64,000 nt of DNA, taken from assembly GCA_016780625.1 (NCBI GenBank), contig JADHLN010000001.1:23993-87992 (forward strand), given 5' to 3'. The notes beneath the pieces are model-generated. The model made no database searches. It was not told where the DNA came from and worked only from the letters and a program-made list of their open reading frames with translations. A program made the translations under genes and the position numbers. The stretch comes from Rickettsiales bacterium. GTDB lineage: Bacteria; Pseudomonadota; Alphaproteobacteria; Rickettsiales; JABIRX01. Below are positions 17,095-27,716 of this stretch, one piece after another (position 1 is the first letter of the stretch; the number at the start of each line of letters is the position of its first letter).

Positions 17095-18969
17095 ATGAGC
17101 GATATCAGAGAAGAGAATCTAGAAAATTATGAATTACCAATCTCAAATTTACAAATTAATAAAACAAGAGACGAAAATCTAACAGATTTTGGAAAAGCTA
17201 TCTTAAAAGATAGATATTTACTACCGGATGAAGATTATCAAGAATTATTTATGAGAGTTGCCAGATATTATGGTGATGATGATGCTCATTCAGAAAGGCT
17301 ATATAACTATATGAGTAATTTGTGGTTTATGCCAGCTACCCCAATTTTAAGTAATGGAGGTACAGATAGAGGTTTACCAATATCTTGTTTCTTAAATGAG
17401 GTTGATGACTCGTTAGATGGCATAGTAGATTTATGGAATGAAAATGTCTGGCTAGCATCAAGAGGTGGTGGAATAGGTAGCTATTGGGGTAATATTAGAT
17501 CAATAGGAGAGGGTGTTAACCAAAGTGGAAAAACATCTGGAATAATTCCTTTTATTAAAGTAATGGATTCTCAAACCTTGGCTATATCCCAAGGATCACT
17601 AAGAAGAGGTAGTGCAGCTGTATATTTACAAATTGACCATCCAGAAATAGAAGAATTTGTAGATGTTAGAAGGCCAACAGGTGGTGACCCTAATAGAAGA
17701 AGCTTAAATTTACATCATGGTGTTGCTATAACAGATAAATTCATGAAAGCGGTAGAAGATGATGCTGATTGGGAGTTAATAAGTCCTCATAATAAGCAAA
17801 TAATTACCACTATTAAAGCAAGAGATTTATGGGTAAGAATATTAACAGCTAGAGTAGAAACAGGTGAGCCTTATCTATTATTTATTGATAATGTTAATAA
17901 ATCACTACCTAAGCACCATCAAAAATTAGGATTAAAGGTTAAAACATCCAATTTATGTTCTGAGATTACTTTACCAACGGGTAAGGATCATAAAAAGAAA
18001 CAAAGAACTGCAGTATGTTGTTTGTCATCACTAAATATCGAGAATTACGAGAAGTGGAAAGATAATCAAAGATTTATTGAAGATGTTATGCGCTTTTTAG
18101 ATAATGTATTGGAAGATTTTATTAAAAAAGCTCCTGAATCAATGAAACATGCTAAATATTCAGCCGGAAGAGAAAGAAGCATTGGTCTTGGAGTTATGGG
18201 TCTGCATTCATTCTTACAAAGCAAAATGATTCCTTTTGAATCAGCAATGTCTAAAGTTTGGAATAAAAAGATTTTTGAACATATTAAGAAAAAGACTGAA
18301 GAGGCAAATGAAAAACTTGCAGAAGAAAAAGGGGCTTGTCCTGACGCAAAAGAGGTTGGAATAAAAAAACGTTTTTCAAATACTATGGCAATAGCTCCAA
18401 CTGCCAGCATTTCAATTATTTGCGGTAACTCATCTCCTGGAATAGAACCTTATGCTGCGAATAGTTTTACCCAAAAAACATTAACAGGTTCATTTACAGT
18501 GCGTAATAAAAATCTTCAAGCACTGCTTACTGAAAAAGGTAAAAATAATGAAGAGACTTGGTCGTCAATTTCTACTCATGAAGGTTCAGTTCAGCATTTA
18601 GATTTTCTTAATGAGCATGAGAAATTAGTTTTTAAAACAGCGCAAGAGATTGACCAAGCATGGTTAGTAGATTTATGTGCAGATAGAACACCTTATATTT
18701 CTCAGGCTCAAAGTCTTAATATTTTTCTACCTGGAAATGTTCATAAAAAAATACTACATAAACTACATTTTGACGCCTGGAAAAAAGGTGTTAAATCTAT
18801 GTATTATTGTCGTTCTACATCAATACAAAGAGCAGAAAAAATATCGCATCAAGTAGTAACTGATAACGATAATAATAATGATATAAAAACAGCCGCAAAT
18901 GATTCTATTCATAATCCTATAGAGCAAAATAGCTCGGGAAATTACGAAGAATGCTTAGCATGTCAATAA
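17095..18969 (+). CDS. nrdA: Ribonucleoside-diphosphate reductase, alpha subunit (class I)
   Basis: Motifs MPATPILSNGG, the catalytic NLCSEI, and the C-terminal redox Cys pair ECLACQ. Start moved from the track's 17023 to ATG 17095 (MSDIREE...) because the extension covers the putative NrdR boxes and has no family similarity. Confidence 0.95.
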   Translation: MSDIREENLENYELPISNLQINKTRDENLTDFGKAILKDRYLLPDEDYQELFMRVARYYGDDDAHSERLYNYMSNLWFMPATPILSNGGTDRGLPISCFLNEVDDSLDGIVDLWNENVWLASRGGGIGSYWGNIRSIGEGVNQSGKTSGIIPFIKVMDSQTLAISQGSLRRGSAAVYLQIDHPEIEEFVDVRRPTGGDPNRRSLNLHHGVAITDKFMKAVEDDADWELISPHNKQIITTIKARDLWVRILTARVETGEPYLLFIDNVNKSLPKHHQKLGLKVKTSNLCSEITLPTGKDHKKKQRTAVCCLSSLNIENYEKWKDNQRFIEDVMRFLDNVLEDFIKKAPESMKHAKYSAGRERSIGLGVMGLHSFLQSKMIPFESAMSKVWNKKIFEHIKKKTEEANEKLAEEKGACPDAKEVGIKKRFSNTMAIAPTASISIICGNSSPGIEPYAANSFTQKTLTGSFTVRNKNLQALLTEKGKNNEETWSSISTHEGSVQHLDFLNEHEKLVFKTAQEIDQAWLVDLCADRTPYISQAQSLNIFLPGNVHKKILHKLHFDAWKKGVKSMYYCRSTSIQRAEKISHQVVTDNDNNNDIKTAANDSIHNPIEQNSSGNYEECLACQ

Positions 18970-18985
18970 TTTAAAAGAGGTAATA

Positions 18986-19957
18986 ATGGCAACAACAACT
19001 TTATTAAAAGCAGCACCAGTATATAAACCATTTACATATCCATGGGCTTATGATGCTTGGGAAATGCAACAAAAAATTCACTGGCTACCAGATGAAGTAC
19101 CTTTAGCTGATGATGTAAGAGATTGGAAAAAAAATCTTACTGAATCAGAAAGGCATTTACTGACTCAAATTTTTAGGTTTTTTACTCAGTCCGATATTGA
19201 GGTAAATAATTGCTATATGAAGCATTATTCTAGAGTATTTCAACCAACTGAAGTGCAAATGATGCTAGCAGCATTTTCCAATATGGAAACAGTTCACATA
19301 GCTGCATATTCTCACTTGTTAGACACTATTGGAATGCCAGAAACTGAATATACGGCATTTTTGCAATATAAGGAAATGAAAGATAAATATGAATATCTTA
19401 ACCAATTTAATGTTGATACTAAAGAGGATATTGCATTAACACTTGCTGTATTTGGAGGTTTTACTGAAGGATTGCAATTATTTGCTTCCTTTGCGATTTT
19501 ACTAAATTTTCCAAGATTTGGTAAAATGAAAGGTATGGGGCAAATAGTAACTTGGTCTGTAAGAGACGAATCATTACATTGTAATTCAATAATAAAATTA
19601 TTTCATAGTTTTACTAAAGAAAACCCTGAAATATTAAATGGTGATCTAAAATCCAAAATCTATAATGCCTGCGCATCAATAGTGCATCTTGAAGACGCAT
19701 TTGTTGATCTTGCATTTGAGTTAGGGCCTGTAGATGGCTTATCTGCAAGGCAAGTAAAACAATATATCAGATATATTGCTGATAGAAGATTAATGCAACT
19801 TGGTTTAAAAGAAATTTACATGACAGAAACTAATCCATTACCATGGTTAGATGAAATATTAAATGGAGTCGAGCATGCAAATTTCTTTGAAAACAGAGTT
19901 ACTGAATATACGAAAGCAGCAACTAAAGGTACATGGGATGAAGCTTTTGCTGCATAA
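18986..19957 (+). CDS. nrdB: Ribonucleoside-diphosphate reductase, beta subunit
   Basis: 323 aa. Di-iron ligand and radical-Tyr region NMETVHIAAYSHLL, plus RDESLH. GAGG lies upstream of the ATG. Confidence 0.95.
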   Translation: MATTTLLKAAPVYKPFTYPWAYDAWEMQQKIHWLPDEVPLADDVRDWKKNLTESERHLLTQIFRFFTQSDIEVNNCYMKHYSRVFQPTEVQMMLAAFSNMETVHIAAYSHLLDTIGMPETEYTAFLQYKEMKDKYEYLNQFNVDTKEDIALTLAVFGGFTEGLQLFASFAILLNFPRFGKMKGMGQIVTWSVRDESLHCNSIIKLFHSFTKENPEILNGDLKSKIYNACASIVHLEDAFVDLAFELGPVDGLSARQVKQYIRYIADRRLMQLGLKEIYMTETNPLPWLDEILNGVEHANFFENRVTEYTKAATKGTWDEAFAA

Positions 19958-19980
19958 AAATTATTAAGATAAAATAGCTT

Positions 19981-20013
19981 AGGATAATATTAGAATAATT
20001 CTAATATTATCCT
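19981..20013. terminator. Perfect 33-nt palindrome (16-bp arms) downstream of nrdB; candidate intrinsic terminator
   Basis: AGGATAATATTAGAAT-A-ATTCTAATATTATCCT, 24 nt after the nrdB stop. The stem is AT-rich and no clean U-tract follows on the + strand, so the terminator function is uncertain. Confidence 0.4.
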
Positions 20014-20166
20014 TCTATAATGCCATAAACTAATTTATTTCTGGCTGGGATAAAAATTATCCTAAAGTAAAATTTAATTCTTTTCTGTTTATAAAAATAT
20101 AGAAAATGCAATTTTCTTGAGAATTTATTAAATTACTGTTATTATTTGCGGCAGAAATATATATTT

Positions 20167-21420
20167 ATGTCTGAAAATCAAGTAATAACATTTGGTTGCC
20201 GTCTCAATATTTTTGAAAGTGAGATAATCAAAAATAATTTAGAGGCGAGTAATAAAAAAAATAGCTTAATATTTAATTCATGTGCAGTAACTAGTGAAGC
20301 TGAAAGAAAGTTGGGGCAAGCTATTAGAAAATATCATAAAAAATTTCCTGAAAAAGAAATTATCGTAACAGGTTGCGCAGCACAATTACATCCAGAGAAA
20401 TATATAAATATGCCAGAAGTATCCAAAGTAATTGGTAATAAAGAAAAAATAGATATCAGATCTTATCAAGATAATAAAAATATAATTGTAAGTGATATAA
20501 TGCAGCTGGAAGATGCAGCAAGTCATTTAGCGGCAGATTTTAACAATAAAGCTAGAGCGTATTTAGAAATACAAAATGGTTGTAATCATCGTTGTACATT
20601 TTGTATTATTCCCTATGCAAGGGGTAATAATAGAAGTGTTCCCATTAAAAATATCATTTCTTCATGCCAAGCTATTTTAGCAAAAAATATTAATGAAATT
20701 GTTTTAACAGGAGTTGATATAACTGACTATGGAGCAAATTTAAAAGAGAAAATAAATTTAGGAAAATTACTAAAAGAAATTTTTAAAGAGTTACCAGAAT
20801 TAAAAAGACTAAGATTATCATCTCTTGATGTAGCTGAAATAGATGATGATTTAAAAGAATTAATAGTAACCGAAAAAAGATTAATGCCACATTTTCATCT
20901 TTCCTTACAATCTGGGGATAATATGATTTTAAAAAGAATGAAAAGGAGGCACCAAATAGAAGATATAATAAAATTTTGTAATTTTGTAAGGCAATATAGG
21001 CAAGATGCGGCAATAGGAGCTGATTTAATAACAGGTTTTCCAACAGAAACAGAAGAAATGCATCAAAATACTAAAGAGTTAATTAAACAATTAGAGATAT
21101 CACATTTACATGTTTTTCCATATTCTGAAAGAGAGGGGACTCCCGCAGCAAAAATACCAGCTGATAAACAAATAGATAAAAAAATTAGAAAGGAAAGAGC
21201 AAAAGAATTAATTGCAATTGGCAAGGATAATTTAGAAAATTATTCCAAAAAATTTATAGGAAAAAAAATATCTGCTATTGCAGAAAATCCAGGGGTTTTT
21301 AAAACTGATCACTATCTAAATGTTAAAATATCAGGAAGTAACTTACCACAAGGACAAATAAGAAAAATTCTGGTAACAGATTATAAAAATAATCAATTAA
21401 TTGGTGAAATAGATGCTTAA
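20167..21420 (+). CDS. mtaB: Radical-SAM methylthiotransferase, MiaB-like / MtaB family
   Basis: N-terminal ITFGCRLNIFESE, radical-SAM CNHRCTFCIIPYARG, and a C-terminal TRAM-like region. Start taken at ATG 20167 rather than the track's TTG at 20146. Confidence 0.8.
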   Translation: MSENQVITFGCRLNIFESEIIKNNLEASNKKNSLIFNSCAVTSEAERKLGQAIRKYHKKFPEKEIIVTGCAAQLHPEKYINMPEVSKVIGNKEKIDIRSYQDNKNIIVSDIMQLEDAASHLAADFNNKARAYLEIQNGCNHRCTFCIIPYARGNNRSVPIKNIISSCQAILAKNINEIVLTGVDITDYGANLKEKINLGKLLKEIFKELPELKRLRLSSLDVAEIDDDLKELIVTEKRLMPHFHLSLQSGDNMILKRMKRRHQIEDIIKFCNFVRQYRQDAAIGADLITGFPTETEEMHQNTKELIKQLEISHLHVFPYSEREGTPAAKIPADKQIDKKIRKERAKELIAIGKDNLENYSKKFIGKKISAIAENPGVFKTDHYLNVKISGSNLPQGQIRKILVTDYKNNQLIGEIDA

Positions 21421-22330
21421 ATTTCTACAAAAATTATTTAAAAAATCAGCAAAAAAACAAGTAACATTAACTAATAATAAAATATTAGATAAAAAATTAA
21501 AAAACTCTTTTAAAGGAAAATTTGATAAAAATATTATAACTTCCTTAGAGGAATCACTTTTAAAAGCAGATATAGGAGTAAAAACAACATCTTATCTTTT
21601 AGAATCCTTGCAAGAAATAACATTAAAAAATCAAGATTTAGATTCATTGAAAACCTTTCTACAAGAAAAATTAAGTGATGAATTAATTGGAGCAGAAAAA
21701 AATATAGAATTAATTAAAAAGCCACTTGTAATTCTTGCAAGTGGAGTAAATGGTAGTGGAAAAACTACATCATTAGGAAAATTAGCATCTATTTATGCCA
21801 AAGAAAATAAAAAAGTAATCATTGCAGCGGCTGACACATTTAGAGCAGCGGCAGTGGAGCAGATTAATATTTGGGCAAAAAAATCCAATGTTAGGATAAT
21901 TGAAGCTAAAAATGAAAAATCTGATCCTGCAGCTCTTGCTTATCAAGCAGTTGAGATAGCTATAAAAGAAAATTATGATTTAGTTTTAATAGATACTGCT
22001 GGTAGATTGCAAAATAATAAAAACTTTATGGATCAATTAGAAAAAATAAATAGGGTAATCAAAAAATTAGATGAAACTGCACCACATTTATCATTATTAG
22101 TTTTAGATGGTACTACAGGTCAAAACTCATTAAAGCAATTAGAAAAATTTAAAGAAGCAATTAATATAAATGGATTAATTATTACCAAGTTAGATGGAAC
22201 TGCTAAGGGTGGTTTTTTAGTTCCAGCTTACCAAGAGTTTAAGGTGCCAATTTATTATATTGGAGTTGGAGAAAAGCTTGAGGATCTTAAAAAATTCAAA
22301 ATAAAAGAATATATTGAGAGCTTAATATAA
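21413..22330 (+). CDS. ftsY: Signal recognition particle receptor FtsY (short form)
   Basis: 305 aa with GVNGSGKTTS, DTAGRLQ and TKLDGTAKGG. Confidence 0.95.
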   Translation: MLKFLQKLFKKSAKKQVTLTNNKILDKKLKNSFKGKFDKNIITSLEESLLKADIGVKTTSYLLESLQEITLKNQDLDSLKTFLQEKLSDELIGAEKNIELIKKPLVILASGVNGSGKTTSLGKLASIYAKENKKVIIAAADTFRAAAVEQINIWAKKSNVRIIEAKNEKSDPAALAYQAVEIAIKENYDLVLIDTAGRLQNNKNFMDQLEKINRVIKKLDETAPHLSLLVLDGTTGQNSLKQLEKFKEAININGLIITKLDGTAKGGFLVPAYQEFKVPIYYIGVGEKLEDLKKFKIKEYIESLI

Positions 22331-22332
22331 TC

Positions 22333-24768
22333 TTAGAGTTTATCTTGTCTTGCTAGATGATAATAATCATCATAAATATTAAGATTGTTTTTATCAGGAA
22401 ATGCTTTCACAGCTTCATCACTTGCTTGATAATTATTAATTATAACATCTAGCTTCTCTTTTGCATGTTCAACCATAAAATTAATAAATCCAGAATCTAG
22501 AGCATCATACTTAATAGCTTCATTTATTTTGCCTTTAAGTATCCAATATTCAATAGAAATATCATATTTATTATATATCTTCTCTACTAATAAATATGTT
22601 AAAATCATTTGTAATGATAAACCAGATTTAATAGCTAGATTAGATGGTCTATTACCAGTTTTATAATCAATTATTTTAATTTTGTTATTTGCACTAATTT
22701 CTAGCCTATCAATTTGTGATTTTATCTTTATATCTGAGCTTACCAAGCGATTTTCAATATTATATTCAACTAATATTTGCTTTGTATAAGATGTTGCAGC
22801 TAAAAAATCTTTAGCAATATATTCAAATCTTTTTAACCAAGCCTCAATAAGTGATTTTCTGATTTTATAATCAGATAATTTTTTACTAAAATATTCAATC
22901 ATTTCAGAATAATCCATTTTATGTAATATAGCTAATTCCAATATTTTATGGCAAATAATTCCAAATATCTGAGGCTCTGATTCCCTTGAAAAATGTTTCT
23001 CATAATTTAAATTAAGAATTTTATAAGCATAGATAGCATATGGATTAGATATTAGTTTTTCTAGCTGGGTTACAGAAAAGTCATGTTTTTTATATTTACT
23101 ATTAACATAAATTTCATAATTTTCTTGAGGTAAAGAATGGGCTATATTCGCATAATTTTCTCCATGAAAATTCTTAATATTATTGCTAGAGATATGTTTA
23201 AATAAGTAATATATATTCTTTTCCTTATCTCCTCCTTTGATACTTCTAGTAAAGGTAATATTTTTTGAAGATAATTGCCTTAAAAAATCACTGGCAATTT
23301 GAGAGTTTCTGAGGTTTTTTATATCATAGAAATTTTCTTTTATAATCGGACTATTAAATATCTCATGAATATTTGCTTCCCAAAAATCTTGGTTAAGATC
23401 TGCAATAATTATATTATCAAAATTTTTTAATCTTAAATCTTTAGCTTTTGCAATCAGGATATCCTTATCATTATAGAAGCTAATATTTGGTTTATTTGTA
23501 AAAAACTTAATTAATTTTATCTTTTCCTCTTTAGATTTCTCCTTATCGATAATTTTGATATGTTTTAAGAAGTTTGAATCTAATTCAGAGAATTCTGGAG
23601 ATATCTCACATAGATATTGATAAATCTCTGTTATATTTTTAATTTTAGTCGGAATATTACTATCATTAATAGAAAATAATCTAAATATTAAATCCTTAAT
23701 GTAATTTTTCTCGCTATTATTTAAATATAAAGCTACAAATTTATAAAATTTATATTGAAGCTGCAAATAAGGATCTGAATATCTAACATAATCATGATAT
23801 TTTCCTAATTTAAATAATATTAATTTCTGTAATTCATTGTTATTAGTAACTATTATGGATTTATGCTCAGATTCATTAACTTTCTTAGCTATAATATCTG
23901 CTTCATCTTCGTAATTTTGACATTCTATATATTTAAATTGCGTTTTAAATTGATCTTCTTGGCTAAAAAATTTCACCTCATTTAGTTTAAGTTCTTCTGT
24001 AAGGTTTTTAATAGCATAATTTGGATTAAAATTAGAGTTTTTATATCCAAAAAACATATCATGATAAATAAATATTCCGTTTTCTAATTGTAAAATTTTT
24101 TCTACAAATTTTTTAGTTGAATTATTAATTGCCGTAGTTCCAGCAAAAATAATATGTTTAAAATTTGCTAAATATTCTAATTTTACAGCCTTCAGATCTA
24201 TTAAAAGATTATTTTTTTCAATTATAGTTGTAATATTCTGATCTTTTTTTATTTCGGCCCAATTTCTATGAAAAAAAATATAAAAATTAATTAATAATTT
24301 TTCATAATAAGAATAAAAACCATTTTTTATTATTTTTATAAATTGCTCTTCACAAATATTAGACTCTATTAACTCGTGATAAAAACCAATGAAATCCTTG
24401 CAAAAAGCTGTTTTTACTATTTTTGTCTTGGAAGAAAAATTAATATTTGCAATCCATTTATCATATAGATTCCAGATTAATAATTTAAAATCATTATCAG
24501 ATATTTCATTAGTTTGATCATAAAAATCAGGAAATCTTGAAAAAGGATCATTAACAGCATCTTGTTCAAGTAAAGAGGTTACAATAGGCATTTTGAAGCT
24601 CTGAGAGGCATGTTTTATAAGTGACTCTCTAAAAAATGCTATATTAATTTTATTTGGTAATATTACTAAAACCTCATTACCTGATTTATGAAAATTATTT
24701 TCCATAAAACCCTTGGCCAATAAATCAATAAATGAAGCATTAGCGGGTATTTTATAGCATTCACCCAT
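22333..24768 (-). CDS. addB: PD-(D/E)xK nuclease-domain protein, alphaproteobacterial AddB-like (no adjacent addA)
   Basis: 811 aa. The N-terminus (YKIPANASFIDLLAKGF) resembles the alpha-type AddB start. C-terminal RecB-type nuclease motif QIDRLEI...IKIIDYKTG. Confidence 0.6.
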   Translation of the reverse strand: MGECYKIPANASFIDLLAKGFMENNFHKSGNEVLVILPNKINIAFFRESLIKHASQSFKMPIVTSLLEQDAVNDPFSRFPDFYDQTNEISDNDFKLLIWNLYDKWIANINFSSKTKIVKTAFCKDFIGFYHELIESNICEEQFIKIIKNGFYSYYEKLLINFYIFFHRNWAEIKKDQNITTIIEKNNLLIDLKAVKLEYLANFKHIIFAGTTAINNSTKKFVEKILQLENGIFIYHDMFFGYKNSNFNPNYAIKNLTEELKLNEVKFFSQEDQFKTQFKYIECQNYEDEADIIAKKVNESEHKSIIVTNNNELQKLILFKLGKYHDYVRYSDPYLQLQYKFYKFVALYLNNSEKNYIKDLIFRLFSINDSNIPTKIKNITEIYQYLCEISPEFSELDSNFLKHIKIIDKEKSKEEKIKLIKFFTNKPNISFYNDKDILIAKAKDLRLKNFDNIIIADLNQDFWEANIHEIFNSPIIKENFYDIKNLRNSQIASDFLRQLSSKNITFTRSIKGGDKEKNIYYLFKHISSNNIKNFHGENYANIAHSLPQENYEIYVNSKYKKHDFSVTQLEKLISNPYAIYAYKILNLNYEKHFSRESEPQIFGIICHKILELAILHKMDYSEMIEYFSKKLSDYKIRKSLIEAWLKRFEYIAKDFLAATSYTKQILVEYNIENRLVSSDIKIKSQIDRLEISANNKIKIIDYKTGNRPSNLAIKSGLSLQMILTYLLVEKIYNKYDISIEYWILKGKINEAIKYDALDSGFINFMVEHAKEKLDVIINNYQASDEAVKAFPDKNNLNIYDDYYHLARQDKL

Positions 24769-24776
24769 TAATTTTT

Positions 24777-25460
24777 TTAGAAATCAAGATTGGCATAATT
24801 AAAAGATGGTTTAAAACCTACAATATTATCTTGTAAAATTTTGGTAAAGCTTGGTCTAGATTTAATTAACATATACCATTCTTTAACAATTGGATAATCA
24901 TCCCATGAAACATGACCTAAATAATCTAAAACTGATAAATGAGACGCTGCAGAAAAATCACCTAAACTTATTTTATTTCCTGCTAACCATTTTCTGGTAT
25001 TTAGGAGATATTTTATATAATCCATATGATAGCTAAGGTTGATTTTTGAAGCTCTTAAATATAAGGGGTTTGGGCTTCCTTGGTTTTGGTAATATTTTAT
25101 AACTTTTTCATATAAAATATGTTTTGTTACTTCATTAAAAAATTTATTATCAAACCATAAATTAATTCTTTTTGATTCTGCCTTGGAATATGGATCATCC
25201 CCGATAAGCTTTATACCACCATGACATTCTTCAAGAAATTCACATATAACGGTGCTATCACAAATTACACTGTTACTGCCATCATAACAAAGCAAAACAG
25301 GAATTTGCCCAGTTGGGTTAATAGCTAAGAAATTCTCTCTTTTTTCCCAAAAATTTTCAACAGCTACATCAACGTTAATGTTTTTTTCCAATAAAAAAAG
25401 TCTGACTTTTCTTGAATATGGACATAATGGAAATTGATAAAGCTTGTATTTTATATTCAT
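24777..25460 (-). CDS. Glutathione S-transferase family protein
   Basis: Thioredoxin-like N-domain (YQFPLCPYSRKVRLFL ... GQIPVL) followed by a helical C-domain. Start moved to ATG 25460 (MNIKYKLYQ...), which has AAGGAG 4 nt upstream. The track's 34-aa extension is hydrophobic AT-rich read-through. Confidence 0.7.
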   Translation of the reverse strand: MNIKYKLYQFPLCPYSRKVRLFLLEKNINVDVAVENFWEKRENFLAINPTGQIPVLLCYDGSNSVICDSTVICEFLEECHGGIKLIGDDPYSKAESKRINLWFDNKFFNEVTKHILYEKVIKYYQNQGSPNPLYLRASKINLSYHMDYIKYLLNTRKWLAGNKISLGDFSAASHLSVLDYLGHVSWDDYPIVKEWYMLIKSRPSFTKILQDNIVGFKPSFNYANLDF

Positions 25461-25555
25461 ACTACTCCTTAATATTCTGATAATTAATATTAATAATCTC
25501 TTGATAAAATATATATTATAATTTATCAAGCTACAAAATAAATAATTAAATAATA

Positions 25556-26428
25556 ATGGCAAAGAAAATTAAAAAAATAATATTGCCAGTAGGAGGTTTA
25601 GGGACAAGATTTCTTCCAGCTACAAAATCAATGCCTAAAGAAATGCTTCCTGTTTTTAATAAGCCTCTTATTCAATACGCATTTGAAGAGGCTAGAAATG
25701 CAGGTATTGAAGAATTTATATTTATTACAGGAAGAAATAAAAACTCAATTAACAATCATTTTGATCATGCATATGAGTTACAAGAAGTTTTGTCACAAAA
25801 ATCTAAAAATCAGGAGCTTGAAATTACCAAAGGATGGATACCTGAAGCAGGACAAATAGCCTTTATTAGACAGCAACAGCCACTTGGTCTCGGTCATGCA
25901 ATTTGGTGTGCTAGAAATTTTATAGGTGATGAACCTTTTGCCGTTATTCTTGCTGATGAATTGTTGAAATTTTCTGATAAAGGCTTTTTAAGCCAAATGA
26001 TTGATAAATATCATAAATATGACAAAAAAATCAATCTTACAGCTGTAACCAAAATAGCTAAAGATGAAACCAATCGTTATGGTATTATAGATTATAAAAA
26101 GGAGGATAATAATTTAAAGATTAAAAATATGGTTGAAAAACCAAGTCCAGAAGAAGCTCCCTCAAATTATGCTATGATTGGACGCTATATCTTACAACCA
26201 GAAATTTTTAAATATTTAGCAACACACACTAAAGGATCAGGTAATGAGATACAATTAACTGATGCTATGCATAAATTGCTTTCTGAACAAGATTTCTATG
26301 CTGTAAATTATGAAGGTGAAAGATATGATTGTGGAAATCCTATTGGTTTCCTAGATGCAAATATTGCTTATGGGTTAGATAAATATCCAAGTGAAGTAAA
26401 AGAAATATTAAAAAAATATGTTCGTTAA
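25556..26428 (+). CDS. galU: UTP--glucose-1-phosphate uridylyltransferase
   Basis: 290 aa with PVGGLGTRFLPATKSMPKEMLPV. Confidence 0.9.
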   Translation: MAKKIKKIILPVGGLGTRFLPATKSMPKEMLPVFNKPLIQYAFEEARNAGIEEFIFITGRNKNSINNHFDHAYELQEVLSQKSKNQELEITKGWIPEAGQIAFIRQQQPLGLGHAIWCARNFIGDEPFAVILADELLKFSDKGFLSQMIDKYHKYDKKINLTAVTKIAKDETNRYGIIDYKKEDNNLKIKNMVEKPSPEEAPSNYAMIGRYILQPEIFKYLATHTKGSGNEIQLTDAMHKLLSEQDFYAVNYEGERYDCGNPIGFLDANIAYGLDKYPSEVKEILKKYVR

Positions 26429-27716
26429 AAAAAATATCGCAATTATTGGTAGCGGTTATGTAGGTCTTGTATCTGCACTATGTCTTGCTGAGATAGGTCA
26501 TAATGTAACAGCTATTGATAAAGATGCTGATAAAATTGCCAAGCTAAATAAGGCTGTTTCTCCTATTTATGAAGCAGGACTAGAAAATTTACTTAAAAAA
26601 AATTTAGCCAATAAGAATATTAGTTTTACAACTAATCTTGCAGAAGGATTGAAAAATAAAGACGCTTGTTTCATTGCTGTGGGAACCCCATATGATGAAA
26701 AAACGCAAACTAGCAATTTATCATATTTATATTCAGCGCTAGATGATATTTTAAATAATATCAGCAATGATATTGTAATAATTAACAAATCTACTGTTCC
26801 TCTAGGTACAGCTAAGCTAATCAAGCAAAAAATAGAAGATTACAAAACAAAATATAAGATATATTTAGCATCCAACCCAGAATTTTTGAGTCAGGGAAGG
26901 GCAGTGAAAGATTTTCAATTTCCTATGCGGATAATTATTGGTGTTGAAGATGAGATATCAGAAAAATTATTACAAGATATTTATCAGCCATTTATTAATG
27001 AATCATCTCCAATTATATCAACAAATATTGCGTCTGCAGAATTAATAAAATATGCATCTAATAGTTTCTTGGCATTAAAAGTATCTTTTATTAATGAGAT
27101 TGCTCAAATTTCCGCAAAAACTGGTGCCAATATTGAAGATATCTCATATTCAATGGGTCTTGATGAGCGTATAGGAGATAAATTTTTAAAATCTGGCCCA
27201 GGCTATGGAGGATCTTGTTTTCCTAAAGACACAATTTCTCTTGCTCATTCAGCCAAGGAATTATCATTGGATTTACCGATAATAAAAAATATTAATTTTT
27301 CGAATGACGCAACTATTAAAAATATTGCCGACAAAATAGATCTGTTATTGCAGCAACATAATATGAGTGATTTATTAGTTATGGGAGCTGCATTTAAAGC
27401 TGGAACTGATGATATCAGAGATTCACAATCACTTAAAATAATCGCATATTTACAAGAAAAAAGAAAAAACATAAATATTGCGATACATGATCCTTTTGCA
27501 TTAAAGCATGTTAAAGAAAATACTAATTTAAAAAAATCTCAAGATCTAAAAAAATTGCTCAAAGAGCATAAATTAATTGTTATTGCAACTGAATGGCGCG
27601 AATATCAAGAATTAAGCTCTGAATTATTTTTAGATAAAATAGTTGTTGATTTAAGAGGTGTTTTAAGAAGATTAGCAAATAATAAAAATTATTTTCAGCT
27701 TGGGGTAAATTTTTAA
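26418..27716 (+). CDS. ugd: UDP-glucose 6-dehydrogenase
   Basis: 432 aa. Rossmann motif IGSGYVGL and catalytic Cys in GYGGSCFPKD. Confidence 0.9.
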   Translation: MFVKKNIAIIGSGYVGLVSALCLAEIGHNVTAIDKDADKIAKLNKAVSPIYEAGLENLLKKNLANKNISFTTNLAEGLKNKDACFIAVGTPYDEKTQTSNLSYLYSALDDILNNISNDIVIINKSTVPLGTAKLIKQKIEDYKTKYKIYLASNPEFLSQGRAVKDFQFPMRIIIGVEDEISEKLLQDIYQPFINESSPIISTNIASAELIKYASNSFLALKVSFINEIAQISAKTGANIEDISYSMGLDERIGDKFLKSGPGYGGSCFPKDTISLAHSAKELSLDLPIIKNINFSNDATIKNIADKIDLLLQQHNMSDLLVMGAAFKAGTDDIRDSQSLKIIAYLQEKRKNINIAIHDPFALKHVKENTNLKKSQDLKKLLKEHKLIVIATEWREYQELSSELFLDKIVVDLRGVLRRLANNKNYFQLGVNF

